Shown: positions 20,882 to 30,433 of the stretch, in pieces
Layout of the letters: every line of letters starts with the position of its first letter
Numbering within the stretch: position 1 is the stretch's first letter
Origin: an uncultured delta proteobacterium
GTDB taxonomy: Bacteria > Myxococcota_A > Polyangia > Polyangiales > B10-G4
Assembly: GCA_963727445.1 (NCBI GenBank)
Contig: CAVSGI010000027.1
Span: forward strand, 256,001 to 320,000
Length of the DNA stretch: 64,000 nucleotides
Reading direction: 5' to 3'
The notes under the pieces: model-generated
The model's database searches: none
What the model was told of the DNA's origin: nothing
Seen by the model: only the letters and a program-made list of their open reading frames with translations
Translations under genes and position numbers: made by a program

Positions 20882-21526
20882 TCAGCCGTCGAGCGCTGTC
20901 AAACCCTCGCGAACTGCGTATTTCGTGAGCTCGGCGACGGTGCGAAGCCCGAGCTTGCCGGCGATCTGACGCCGGTGGGTGTCGACGGTGGAGACCGCGA
21001 CGTGGAGTCGGTCGCCGATCTCCTTCGAGGTGCAGCCCTCTGCGAGGAGCTGGAGCACCTCCCGCTCACGCTTGGAAAGCACGCTCTGATCCGCGGCGTG
21101 TCCGACTGCGCTGTCGACCACCAGACCGGCGATCGCGGAGCTGAGGTAGGTGCCCCCTCGGTCGACGGCGTCGATGGCGCGCAGGAGCTCGTCGGCCGCG
21201 GCATCCTTGAGGAGATACCCCGAGGCCCCCGCCGAGAGCATCGCCAGGACGTATCGCCGATCGGCGCTCATCGAGAGACCGATGACCTTGACGTCGGGGA
21301 ACGACTCGACGATTTGCCGCGTCGCGTCGACGCCGTTGAGCCCGCGCATCGACACGTCCATCACCACGATGTCGGGACGCGCCTCACGCACGACCTCGAT
21401 GGCTTCGCGCCCATCCGCCGCCTCGCCGACCACCGCGACTTCCAGCTGCTTCTCCAGTATCGCGCGCAGCCCGTCGCGCATGATCTGGTGGTCGTCGACC
21501 AGTGCCACCCTCGTCATCGGAGCCAT
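20882..21526 (-). CDS. NarL/LuxR-family response regulator
   Basis: VDDHQIMRDGL..MDVSM..GYLLK and LSKREREVLQLLAEG HTH. Confidence 0.93.
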   Translation of the reverse strand: MAPMTRVALVDDHQIMRDGLRAILEKQLEVAVVGEAADGREAIEVVREARPDIVVMDVSMRGLNGVDATRQIVESFPDVKVIGLSMSADRRYVLAMLSAGASGYLLKDAAADELLRAIDAVDRGGTYLSSAIAGLVVDSAVGHAADQSVLSKREREVLQLLAEGCTSKEIGDRLHVAVSTVDTHRRQIAGKLGLRTVAELTKYAVREGLTALDG

Positions 21527-21612
21527 CGAAGCAAGAGGTTCCCCGAGTTCGCTTTCGCGTGCAAGGCGGAGCGCGCCTGGGAATCGGACGGCTTTCGCGC
21601 CAGACTTCGCCC

Positions 21613-23211
21613 ATGCCGCCTCCCCCGCTCACCGACCATCGGGCATTCAGCGCCGTGTTCGACCACGCGACCGAAGGGATCTTCCTGGCGGACGACGACG
21701 CTCACTACCTGAGGGTCAACCCCGCGGGGGAAGGGTTGACCGGCTACTCGGTCGAAGAGCTTCGCGCACTCACCGTCTTCGACCTCACCCCGGAGGCAGA
21801 CCGGGAGCAGGGCCTCGCCATGTGGCGCGAGTTCATCCGAAAGGGCACGCTCTCGGGCGACTACGCGCTGACCCGCAAGGACGGGACCGTGGTCGAGGTG
21901 GCCTTCGAAGCGGTCGCGAACATCATGCCGGGCATTCACCTCTCCGTCATGCGGGACGTGACGGCTCGGACCCGCCACCGCCGTCGCTCGGAGCAGCTCC
22001 TCGAAGCGAGCGCAGCCATGAGCGCAGCCGCGAGCACCGAGGAGGTCGCCAACGTGATCCTCGAGGCCGGCCTGAAGCTCTTGGGCGCCCGCTCGGGGCA
22101 CGTCCTCGCCCTGGTCGACGACGGGCGTTGGATGGAGCTGGTCGCGCGCATCGGGATGCCGGACCCGGAGCCGTGGTGGAACGCGGCCGCCGAAGCGAGA
22201 GGCCAGACGCCGAGGCTCGTCGACGGTCGCCCACGCTACGCGCTGGACTCCGTGGGTGTGCTCGAATCCATCTTTCGCTCGGGCGAATCGATCCACGTCA
22301 CAGACGTCGAGGAGATCGATCCGGAGGGGAGCTTTCCCGAGCTCCGTGATCTCGGTCACACCTGCGCCTGCCTTCCCCTCGTCGTCAGCGGCAAGCTCGT
22401 CGGGGGCCTCTACCTCTTCTGGGACGAGGACCGGGTCCCGAACGAAAGCGACAGGGCGCTCGCCGCCACCCTGGCGGGGCTCTGCGGCCAGGCCCTCGCC
22501 CGGGCGCGCCTGTTCACCGCGGAGCACGAGGCGCGACAACGCGCCGTGGAGTCGGAGGAGAAGCTGAAAAGCATGGCGTTCGACCACGTCCTGCGGGAAG
22601 AAGCGGAGCGTCGTCATTTGGCGATCACCCTTCACGACGGCCTCGGCCAGCACCTGGCCCTCGCAAAGATGGCCCTGAATCCTCTCCGGCAAAAAGCGAC
22701 CGGGGCCGACCGCACTGCCCTCGACTCCGCCATCGACCTCATCGACAAGTCGATCGACGAAACGCGCTCGATCAGCTTCGAGCTGAGCCCACCGATCTTG
22801 TACGACCTCGGAATCGCCTCTGCGCTCTGTTGGCTCGCCGAGAAACTGGAGGCGGAGGTGGGCCTGCGTGTGGAGGTGATCCACGGCGGAGTCGAGCCTC
22901 CGGTGGACGAAGTCACCGCGTCGATCGCCTTCCGGGCCGTACGCGAGCTCTTGATCAACGTCGTCAAGCACACCTCTGGGATGAAGGCGAAAGTCACGAT
23001 CCGACCATCCACGTCGGTGCTGGAGATCGTCGTCGACGACGAGGGCGACGGATTCGACCCCTCCGACCCGTCCACCGCCGGCTTCGGCCTCATGAGCATC
23101 CGCCAGGAGATCGGACGGCTGGGTGGAACCGTCGCCATCACCTCGAGCGTGGCCGGCACGCGTGCTGCCATTCGCGTGCCGATGCGCCCGAAGCCCCCGA
23201 ACGGCGTGTAA
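21613..23211 (+). CDS. PAS-GAF sensor histidine kinase (HisKA_3 type)
   Basis: PAS (VNPAGEGLTGYS), ERRHLAITLHDGLGQ, NVVKH, DEGDGFD, GFGL. Confidence 0.87.
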   Translation: MPPPPLTDHRAFSAVFDHATEGIFLADDDAHYLRVNPAGEGLTGYSVEELRALTVFDLTPEADREQGLAMWREFIRKGTLSGDYALTRKDGTVVEVAFEAVANIMPGIHLSVMRDVTARTRHRRRSEQLLEASAAMSAAASTEEVANVILEAGLKLLGARSGHVLALVDDGRWMELVARIGMPDPEPWWNAAAEARGQTPRLVDGRPRYALDSVGVLESIFRSGESIHVTDVEEIDPEGSFPELRDLGHTCACLPLVVSGKLVGGLYLFWDEDRVPNESDRALAATLAGLCGQALARARLFTAEHEARQRAVESEEKLKSMAFDHVLREEAERRHLAITLHDGLGQHLALAKMALNPLRQKATGADRTALDSAIDLIDKSIDETRSISFELSPPILYDLGIASALCWLAEKLEAEVGLRVEVIHGGVEPPVDEVTASIAFRAVRELLINVVKHTSGMKAKVTIRPSTSVLEIVVDDEGDGFDPSDPSTAGFGLMSIRQEIGRLGGTVAITSSVAGTRAAIRVPMRPKPPNGV

Positions 23212-23254
23212 CACGGTGGCCTCTGGCCGAGCTGTGTTCATATGGAGAGCATCG

Positions 23255-24592
23255 ATGGCCGGCGATCGGAAGAACACACTGCCCACGCATCGCGTAGGCC
23301 CGGCCAGCAGCGTGCGCGAGGCGATGCGGGCGGACTACCCGGAGCCCGGCACCCTCATCGACGGCACCTATCGGGTCCTCGAACAGCTCGGCGAGGGCGG
23401 GATGGGCGTAGTGCTCCACGGGCGCGACGAAAAGCTCGACCGTGACGTGGCGATCAAGCTGATCCATCCGGAGCAGCACCTTCAGAACAAGTCGCAGACG
23501 CAGTTTCTCGAAGAGGCGCGGGCGATGGCGCGCATTCGTCATCCGAACGTCGTCGAGATCTACTCCTTCGGGCACATCGGGCGCGCGCCTTACTTCGTGA
23601 TGGAGTACGTGCCGGGCTCGGACCTCGAGCGCTTCCTGGCCGAGCGGGGCGGCCCGCCGTCCTCGAGCGAAGCGTGGAACATCCTCGACCAGGCCTGCCG
23701 CGGTGTGCAGGCGATCCACGACACGGGCCACGCGCATCGTGATCTCAAGGCGAGCAACATCCTCGTCGGGCCCGACTTCCGCGTCGCGATCACCGACCTC
23801 GGCCTGGCGCGCGTCGTGGAGCAGCAGGACGAGCAGACCTTCGTCAGTGGGACTCCCGCGTACATGGCGCCAGAGCTCATCACCGGCGCGAAGATCCCGA
23901 AGGAGCAAGTGCAGAGGGTCGATGTGTACGCCCTCGGCATCATCGCGTTCGAAGTCCTCACCGGTCGCTTGCCGTTCGAGAGCGACTCGCTGAACGACCT
24001 GATGACGAAGCAGATCGAAGATCCGCCTCCCTCTCTGGCGACCTTTCGCGAGGGCATCCCCGCTGGCTTCGACGAGGCCATCCGCGGCGCGCTCGCGAAG
24101 AAGCCCGCAAAGAGAACCCGGAGCGTCGAGGCGTTCCGCAGCGAGCTCGAGCGCGCGTGGCTTTCGCATCGTGAGCCCGACGACGACCTCTACTTCCTCG
24201 TCGCCGACGACAACGAGGATTTTCGCTCGCTCATCGCCATGACTCTCAGGCGGGCGTTTCCCGAGGCGCGCGTCGAGACGGTGGGCGACGGCGAGGCCGC
24301 GTTGGCGGCGTGTCGGCGAGAGACGCCGGACCTGCTGGTGAGCGACCTGGACATGCCCAAGATGAATGGCCTCGAGCTCACCGCGGCGCTCCGGGAGAAC
24401 GAAGCGACCCGTCAGCTGCCCATCGTGATCGCGACCGGGGTCGGTGGCCCGAGCGACTGGCGGGTGCTGTCGCGGCTCGGCGCGGACAGCTTCATGATCA
24501 AGCCCTTCGATGCGATCCAGCTGGTCAGCATCGCCGAGAACCTGGTCGCCCGTGAGGCGGCCTGGCGGCCGAAGAAGGCTCAGAGTCGCTGA
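23255..24592 (+). CDS. Ser/Thr protein kinase with a C-terminal receiver domain
   Basis: GEGGMG, HRDLKASN, DLGLA, GTPAYMAPE; REC domain ADDN..SDLDMPKMNG..KPF. Confidence 0.88.
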   Translation: MAGDRKNTLPTHRVGPASSVREAMRADYPEPGTLIDGTYRVLEQLGEGGMGVVLHGRDEKLDRDVAIKLIHPEQHLQNKSQTQFLEEARAMARIRHPNVVEIYSFGHIGRAPYFVMEYVPGSDLERFLAERGGPPSSSEAWNILDQACRGVQAIHDTGHAHRDLKASNILVGPDFRVAITDLGLARVVEQQDEQTFVSGTPAYMAPELITGAKIPKEQVQRVDVYALGIIAFEVLTGRLPFESDSLNDLMTKQIEDPPPSLATFREGIPAGFDEAIRGALAKKPAKRTRSVEAFRSELERAWLSHREPDDDLYFLVADDNEDFRSLIAMTLRRAFPEARVETVGDGEAALAACRRETPDLLVSDLDMPKMNGLELTAALRENEATRQLPIVIATGVGGPSDWRVLSRLGADSFMIKPFDAIQLVSIAENLVAREAAWRPKKAQSR

Positions 24593-24636
24593 CTCTCGTT
24601 GACACCCCCGGCGGCGAGAGTTACGCACCCTCTCCC

Positions 24637-25789
24637 ATGTCCATGACCGTCACGGAGAGTCAGGAAGCCCTGAAAGAGCTCTCTCAGCGCCTCGCAGCGC
24701 TGGGGAGGTACCTTTGACGTCGACGGCTTACGGCACGAAGTCGACCGCCTCGAAGCGCTGACCGTCCGCGAGGGATTCTGGGACGACAACGACGCCGCCC
24801 AGAAGATCCTGAAAGAGCGCGCCTCCGCCGAGGGCAAGGTCAAGGCCTGGGATAGGCTGACCAAGGAGGTCGAGGCCTCCCTCGAGCTGCTCGAGATGGC
24901 GGCCGCTGAAAACGACCAGGACATGATCGCCGAGGTGGCGGGCCAGATCCCAGAGATCGAAGCGGGAGTCCGCGAGATGGAGATCCAGCGGATGCTCGCA
25001 GGCCCCGAGGACGACTCGGACGCCATCGTGACCATCCACCCCGGCGCCGGCGGCGTCGACGCCCAGGACTGGGCCGAGATGCTGAGCCGCATGTACCTGC
25101 GCTGGGTCGAACGCAAGGGGATGAAGGCGGAGCTGATCAACAATCAACCCGGGGACGAGGCGGGCGTGAAGGAGGTCTCCTTCATCGTCCACGGCGACAA
25201 CGCCTACGGGTTCCTCCGCGCAGAAGGTGGCGTCCATCGCCTCATCCGCATCAGCCCCTTCGACGCCAACGCCCGCCGTCACACCGCCTTCGCCGCCGTC
25301 TACGTCGTCCCCGACCTCGAGGAGGACAACACCGAGATCGAGATCCGCCCCGAAGACCTCAAGACCGACACCTATCGCTCGAGCGGCGCCGGCGGCCAGC
25401 ACGTCAACAAGACCGAGTCGGCGGTGCGCCTCACCCACATCCCCACCGGCATCGTCGTGGCCTGCCAGCAGGAGCGTTCGCAGCACAAGAATCGCGCCAC
25501 CGCAATGAAGATGCTCCGTGGGCGGTTGTACGAGCTGAAGCGCCGAGAGCGGGAAGCGGCGTTCGAGGATGCCTTTGGGGGAGACAAGCAGGACATCGCG
25601 TTCGGGGCTCAGATCCGGACCTACACCCTGCAGCCGTACACGATGGTCAAGGACGAGCGCACCGACCACAAGGTGTCGAACGCGCAGGCGGTGCTCGACG
25701 GAGACCTCGACCCCTTCATCGAGGCCTATCTCCTGATGGCGGCGGACAAGAAGAACGCGAAGACGAAGAACGACTCGGCAGAGGCATAG
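24637..25789 (+). CDS. prfB: Peptide chain release factor 2 (programmed +1 frameshift)
   Basis: GGQ and SPF motifs; short first ORF from 24637 ends in CTT-TGA-C. Confidence 0.95.
24703..24718 (+). promoter_or_regulatory. prfB +1 frameshift cassette
   Basis: GGGAGG-TAC-CTT-TGA-C (internal SD, slippery codon, UGA). Confidence 0.93.
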
Positions 25790-25791
25790 AG

Positions 25792-27393
25792 ATGGCGACC
25801 CAAGACGAGCTGAGGCGCTCGAGAGAGCAGCACGCACAGAACGAGCTGGGGGACGACCGCGCGAAGTGGTACCCGAACTGGCTCCGCGCGGACGATGCGC
25901 TCGAGGAAAAGCGCCGCACCCTCATGGAGAGCGTGAACGCCGAGAGCTTCGAGGGCTGGTCCTCCGAGGAGGAGCTCCCCGCGGACGCGCCGCTTTGGCC
26001 GGTCTACGGTCGGGTGATGGCGAAGCGCGGTCCCTTCCTGGTGGTGCAGACGCCCTACGGGCGCGTGCAGTGCTACTTCTCCAAGGACGTTCAGAAGGCC
26101 GGGCTCAAGGGCACGCTCAAGCGCACCGACGTCGGCGATCACGTCTGGGTCGAGGGCGCGAAGATCAAGACGCAGAAGGGCGACAAGGCCCTCGCCTGCC
26201 CCGGCCCCGAGCACTTTCGCCACGTGGCGAAGGCGATGCTGCCGCCGCCGGAGAAGTGGCACGGGCTCAAGGACGTCGAGAAGCGCTACCGCGAGCGCTA
26301 CGTCGACCTCTTCGCCAATCCCGAGGTCGCCGCGGTCTTCCGCGCGCGCAGCCGGATCGTCCAGGCGGCCCGGCGCTTCCTCGACGAGCGCGGCTTCCTC
26401 GAGGTGGAGACGCCGATGCTCCAGTCGGTGCGCGGCGGTGCGACGGCCAAGCCCTTCAACACGCATCACAACGCCCTCGACATCGATCTCTACCTGCGCA
26501 TCGCCCCGGAACTCTATCTCAAGCGCCTCGTCGTGGGCGGCTTCGACCGCGTCTACGAGATCGGTCGCAACTTCCGCAACGAAGGCATCAGCACCCGGCA
26601 CAACCCCGAGTTCACGATGCTGGAGTACTACGTCGCTTACGCGACGTACGAAGATCAGATGGAGCTCACCGAGGGGATCTTCGTCGCGGCCGACGCCGCG
26701 GTGCGCGCGGAGTTCCCGGAGCTGGCCAAGGACCGCACCTTCTCGCTGACGCACGGCTTCGCGCGCGTGCCGATGCGCCAGGCGATCCTGAAGGCCCTCG
26801 AGACGACGGACAGCCCGTGGAAGGGCACCTTCGACGAGGCCGCGCTCTACCGCGAGCCGGAGCGCCTCGCCGCGGCCTGCGAGACCGTCGCGCCGAAGCT
26901 CCCCGAAGCCGACCGCAAGGCCCTCGCCAAGTGCGAGAGCCACGGCGAGCGGGTGTTCCTGCTCTTCGAGCTCATCGCCGAGGGCGCCCTCGAAACGCTC
27001 TACCGCACGCCGGACGGGAGCGCGTCGGTGCCGGTCTTCATCACGGACTTCCCCTTCGAGGTCTCGCCCCTCGCCCGCAAGAACGACGAGGACCCGGCCT
27101 ACGTCGACCGCTTCGAGCTCTTCCTCGGGGGCCGCGAGCTGGCCAACGGCTTCAGCGAGCTGAACGACCCGGCGGACCAGGCGTCGCGCTTCGAGGACCA
27201 GCTGGCCGCCGCCGCGCGCGGTGAAGAAGAGACGATGGACTTCGACGCCGACTACATCAACGCGCTCGAGCACGGGATGCCCAACGCGGCTGGCTGCGGG
27301 ATCGGCATCGATCGTCTGGTGATGGCCCTCTGCGGCCAGCCGTCGATCCGCGACGTGCTGCTCTTCCCTCTGCTGCGTCCGGAAGTGGGATGA
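25792..27393 (+). CDS. lysS: Lysine--tRNA ligase (class II)
   Basis: [46 protein letters not shown]. Confidence 0.96.
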   Translation: MATQDELRRSREQHAQNELGDDRAKWYPNWLRADDALEEKRRTLMESVNAESFEGWSSEEELPADAPLWPVYGRVMAKRGPFLVVQTPYGRVQCYFSKDVQKAGLKGTLKRTDVGDHVWVEGAKIKTQKGDKALACPGPEHFRHVAKAMLPPPEKWHGLKDVEKRYRERYVDLFANPEVAAVFRARSRIVQAARRFLDERGFLEVETPMLQSVRGGATAKPFNTHHNALDIDLYLRIAPELYLKRLVVGGFDRVYEIGRNFRNEGISTRHNPEFTMLEYYVAYATYEDQMELTEGIFVAADAAVRAEFPELAKDRTFSLTHGFARVPMRQAILKALETTDSPWKGTFDEAALYREPERLAAACETVAPKLPEADRKALAKCESHGERVFLLFELIAEGALETLYRTPDGSASVPVFITDFPFEVSPLARKNDEDPAYVDRFELFLGGRELANGFSELNDPADQASRFEDQLAAAARGEEETMDFDADYINALEHGMPNAAGCGIGIDRLVMALCGQPSIRDVLLFPLLRPEVG

Positions 27394-27397
27394 AGTC

Positions 27398-29557
27398 GTG
27401 ACCGGACGTGCCCGGCAGGTGAGGCTCGGCTGGATCCCAGCCGTCTTCGTCGCGCTGACCCTTCTGTGGGTGCTCAGCACCAACTGGGTGGGTGTGCTCG
27501 TGTGGAGCCTGGCCACCGTGGTTGCCGTGCCGCTACCCACGCCGACATTGTTGCTCGGCGCGTTCCTCACGCTGGCGGCGCCGACGCTGGTCTTCGCTAC
27601 GCTGACCTTGAGACGGACGATCCGACTCGCGCCCGGCACACCGGGTCGCGGCCGGCTCCTCTCGCTCTCGATCTTCGGCCTCGCCGATGTCGTCGCGGTG
27701 AGTAGCTTCGTGGCCTTCTTCGCCCTCGCGCTGGGCGCCTACCAGCCCGACGGCTTCGGGGGGGGACCCAACCTCGACTCACTCCTGATGAACGTCGACG
27801 ACGTCAGCCGCATCGGCGCTGGCGTCGCCTTCGCCATCGCCTGCATCACCTACGGGCCCCTGGTGGTGAACCTCCTCGCGTGCTGGTTCCTGGTTCCCCT
27901 GCGCTATCGGGTGATCTTCTGGTGGTGTGTGGACATCCCGCTCACCGCAGCCTTCCTCGCGGTGAGCTACTACCTGCCGCTCGACCCGGTGACCGATGAG
28001 CTCGCCGACGTGGCCGCCCCCGCGCTGCGCCTCGCCGTGACCACCATCTTCGTTCTACGCGCGCTCGCCCGCCTGCTGCCGCCGGCCCTCGACCTGATCG
28101 AGCACGCCGGTTTCAACCCCCTCGTTGCCGCTCGTCATCTCCGGGCGAAGAAGAGCGGCTTTCTGACCGTGATCGGCGCCCTTTCCATCAGCGCCGTCAT
28201 GGTCGCGAGCGCCGCGCTCACGATGACCCTCTCGGTCATGGGCGGCTTCCGCAACGACCTGAAGAAGAAGATCCTCGGCAACAACGCCCACGTCGTGGTC
28301 GACAAGGAGCACGACACCTTCGATCGCTGGGTCCCGACGCTCAACGCAGTGCGCGAGGTCCAGGGCGTGCGCGCCGCCGCGCCTTACGTGAGCGGCGAGG
28401 TGATGGTCACCAGCGCCTCGAACCTCGCCGGCGCGGTCCTGCGCGGCATCGATCCCGAGAGCGCCTCGGAGGTGATCGACCTCGAGGCGAACCTGGTTCA
28501 CGGCCGCCTCGAATACCTGAAGGAGCCGCGACGCCTCCTCGACCTGCCGCCGGAGGAGACCCAGGGGCTGCACTCCTTCAACGTGCCCACGGTCATCATC
28601 GACGAAGAGAACGACGGATCCGAGCCTCCCGAGGACGACGACGGCGCGAGCCCGACGCGCGACGTCGAGGGGATGCTCGGCGAAGGGCCGAGCACCGACG
28701 AGCTCGACGAGCTCGAACGTTTGATCCGCGAGGGCCCCGATCCCATCGCTTCACCGCGCGAAGTGCTTCCCGGGATCATCGTCGGTCAAGAGCTCGCGCG
28801 CTCTCTTCGTCTGTACGTCGGAGACGAGGTCAACGTCGTGTCACCACTCGGCGAGCTGGGCCCGGCGGGGCCCATGCCGAAGGCGCGCCCGTTCCGCGTC
28901 GCGGGGATCTTCTACAGCGGCATGTACGAGTACGACATGAAGTACACGTACGTGATGCTCGAAACCGGCCAGCGCTTCCTCAACGTCGGCGACGAGATCA
29001 GCGGCATCGAGATCAAGGTGGACGACGTGGAACAGGCCGAAGAGACGGCGGAGCGCATCCAGGCGCGCATCGGGCGTCCGGATCTACGCGTTCAGGACTG
29101 GAAGGAGCTCAACAGCACCCTCTTCGGGGCGCTGCAGCTCGAGCGCCTGGCGATGTTCGTCTTCCTGGGCATCGCGATCCTGGTGGCCGGCTTCTGCGTC
29201 TTCGCCACGCTCACCCTGATGGTTCAGGAAAAGTCGTCGGAAATGGGGATATTGAAGGCGATGGGCGCCAGGCGGGGGGACGTCGTTCGGATATTCCTGG
29301 TCGAAGGCCTGCTGATAGGGATATTGGGGGCCGGGCTCGGCTGTGGGCTGGGCTACGTCGCCTGCTTCGCCGCCGAGCATTTCGGTGTCCGAATGAATCC
29401 CGAGGTCTACTACATCGACAAACTGCCGGTGCACATCGATCACGCCGAGTTCGTGGCGGTGGGCGTCGCCGCGGTCGTCGTCTGCGTCCTCGCCACCATC
29501 TTCCCCGCCGTCCTCGCCAGCCGCACCCGGCCGGTCGACGCGCTGAGGTACGACTGA
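27398..29557 (+). CDS. LolC/E-family ABC permease with extra N-terminal membrane domain
   Basis: [41 protein letters not shown]; upstream of lolD. Confidence 0.85.
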   Translation: MTGRARQVRLGWIPAVFVALTLLWVLSTNWVGVLVWSLATVVAVPLPTPTLLLGAFLTLAAPTLVFATLTLRRTIRLAPGTPGRGRLLSLSIFGLADVVAVSSFVAFFALALGAYQPDGFGGGPNLDSLLMNVDDVSRIGAGVAFAIACITYGPLVVNLLACWFLVPLRYRVIFWWCVDIPLTAAFLAVSYYLPLDPVTDELADVAAPALRLAVTTIFVLRALARLLPPALDLIEHAGFNPLVAARHLRAKKSGFLTVIGALSISAVMVASAALTMTLSVMGGFRNDLKKKILGNNAHVVVDKEHDTFDRWVPTLNAVREVQGVRAAAPYVSGEVMVTSASNLAGAVLRGIDPESASEVIDLEANLVHGRLEYLKEPRRLLDLPPEETQGLHSFNVPTVIIDEENDGSEPPEDDDGASPTRDVEGMLGEGPSTDELDELERLIREGPDPIASPREVLPGIIVGQELARSLRLYVGDEVNVVSPLGELGPAGPMPKARPFRVAGIFYSGMYEYDMKYTYVMLETGQRFLNVGDEISGIEIKVDDVEQAEETAERIQARIGRPDLRVQDWKELNSTLFGALQLERLAMFVFLGIAILVAGFCVFATLTLMVQEKSSEMGILKAMGARRGDVVRIFLVEGLLIGILGAGLGCGLGYVACFAAEHFGVRMNPEVYYIDKLPVHIDHAEFVAVGVAAVVVCVLATIFPAVLASRTRPVDALRYD

Positions 29558-30393
29558 TGGCCCGCGACCTGGTCGTCGTCGAAGACCTCACCAAGGTCTT
29601 TCCTCACGGAGAGAAGGACGTCGAGGTCCTTCGGGGCATCGACCTCACGATCCAGGAGGGCGAGATGCTCACCATCGTCGGCAAGTCCGGCGCTGGGAAG
29701 AGCACGCTCTTGCACCTGCTCGGCACGCTGGATCTACCCACCTCCGGCCGCATCCTCTACGACGGCAAAGACGTCACGCGCTACTCGAGCAGCCGCCTCG
29801 CCGAGTTCCGGAACCAGACCATCGGCTTCGTCTTCCAGTTCCATCACCTCTTGCCCGAGTTCACCGCGCTCGAGAACGTGATGATGCCGGGGCTGATCCG
29901 CGGCGGTGCGCGCGGTCACCTCGAAAAGGACGCGCGCGCGCTCCTCGAAGAGGTCGGTCTGTCCCATCGCCTCACCCACCGCCCGGGCGAGCTCTCGGGA
30001 GGCGAGCAGCAGCGCGTCGCCCTCGCCCGCGCCCTGGTGATGAAGCCCCGGCTGATCCTCGCCGACGAGCCCACGGGCAACCTCGACACCACCACCTCCG
30101 ACTCCATCCACAAGCTCTTCTTCGATCTCAATCAGAGCCGCGGCCTGACCTTCCTCATCGTCACCCACAGCCGCGACCTCGCCGCGCGGATGCCCCGGGT
30201 GGTCACCATGCAGGACGGCAAGGTCTTCGCGGACGATCGACGTGTCGTGGGTGAAACCGCTGCCACGGACGAGGCCAACGCCCCCGAAAACGCCGAAGAA
30301 AGCCCGCCTTCCTCCGAGCCAGCGACCGCGGAGGCCGAGGCGCCCGACGAGCCCGCCCAGCCCGACAGCTCCGCTACGGGCGCGGGCGCTTGA
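29557..30393 (+). CDS. lolD: Lipoprotein-releasing ABC transporter ATPase
   Basis: [48 protein letters not shown]. Confidence 0.92.
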   Translation: MARDLVVVEDLTKVFPHGEKDVEVLRGIDLTIQEGEMLTIVGKSGAGKSTLLHLLGTLDLPTSGRILYDGKDVTRYSSSRLAEFRNQTIGFVFQFHHLLPEFTALENVMMPGLIRGGARGHLEKDARALLEEVGLSHRLTHRPGELSGGEQQRVALARALVMKPRLILADEPTGNLDTTTSDSIHKLFFDLNQSRGLTFLIVTHSRDLAARMPRVVTMQDGKVFADDRRVVGETAATDEANAPENAEESPPSSEPATAEAEAPDEPAQPDSSATGAGA

Positions 30394-30433
30394 CCCACGA
30401 CGGGGCCCTCGCTATAGCGCCGCGACCGTCGAA

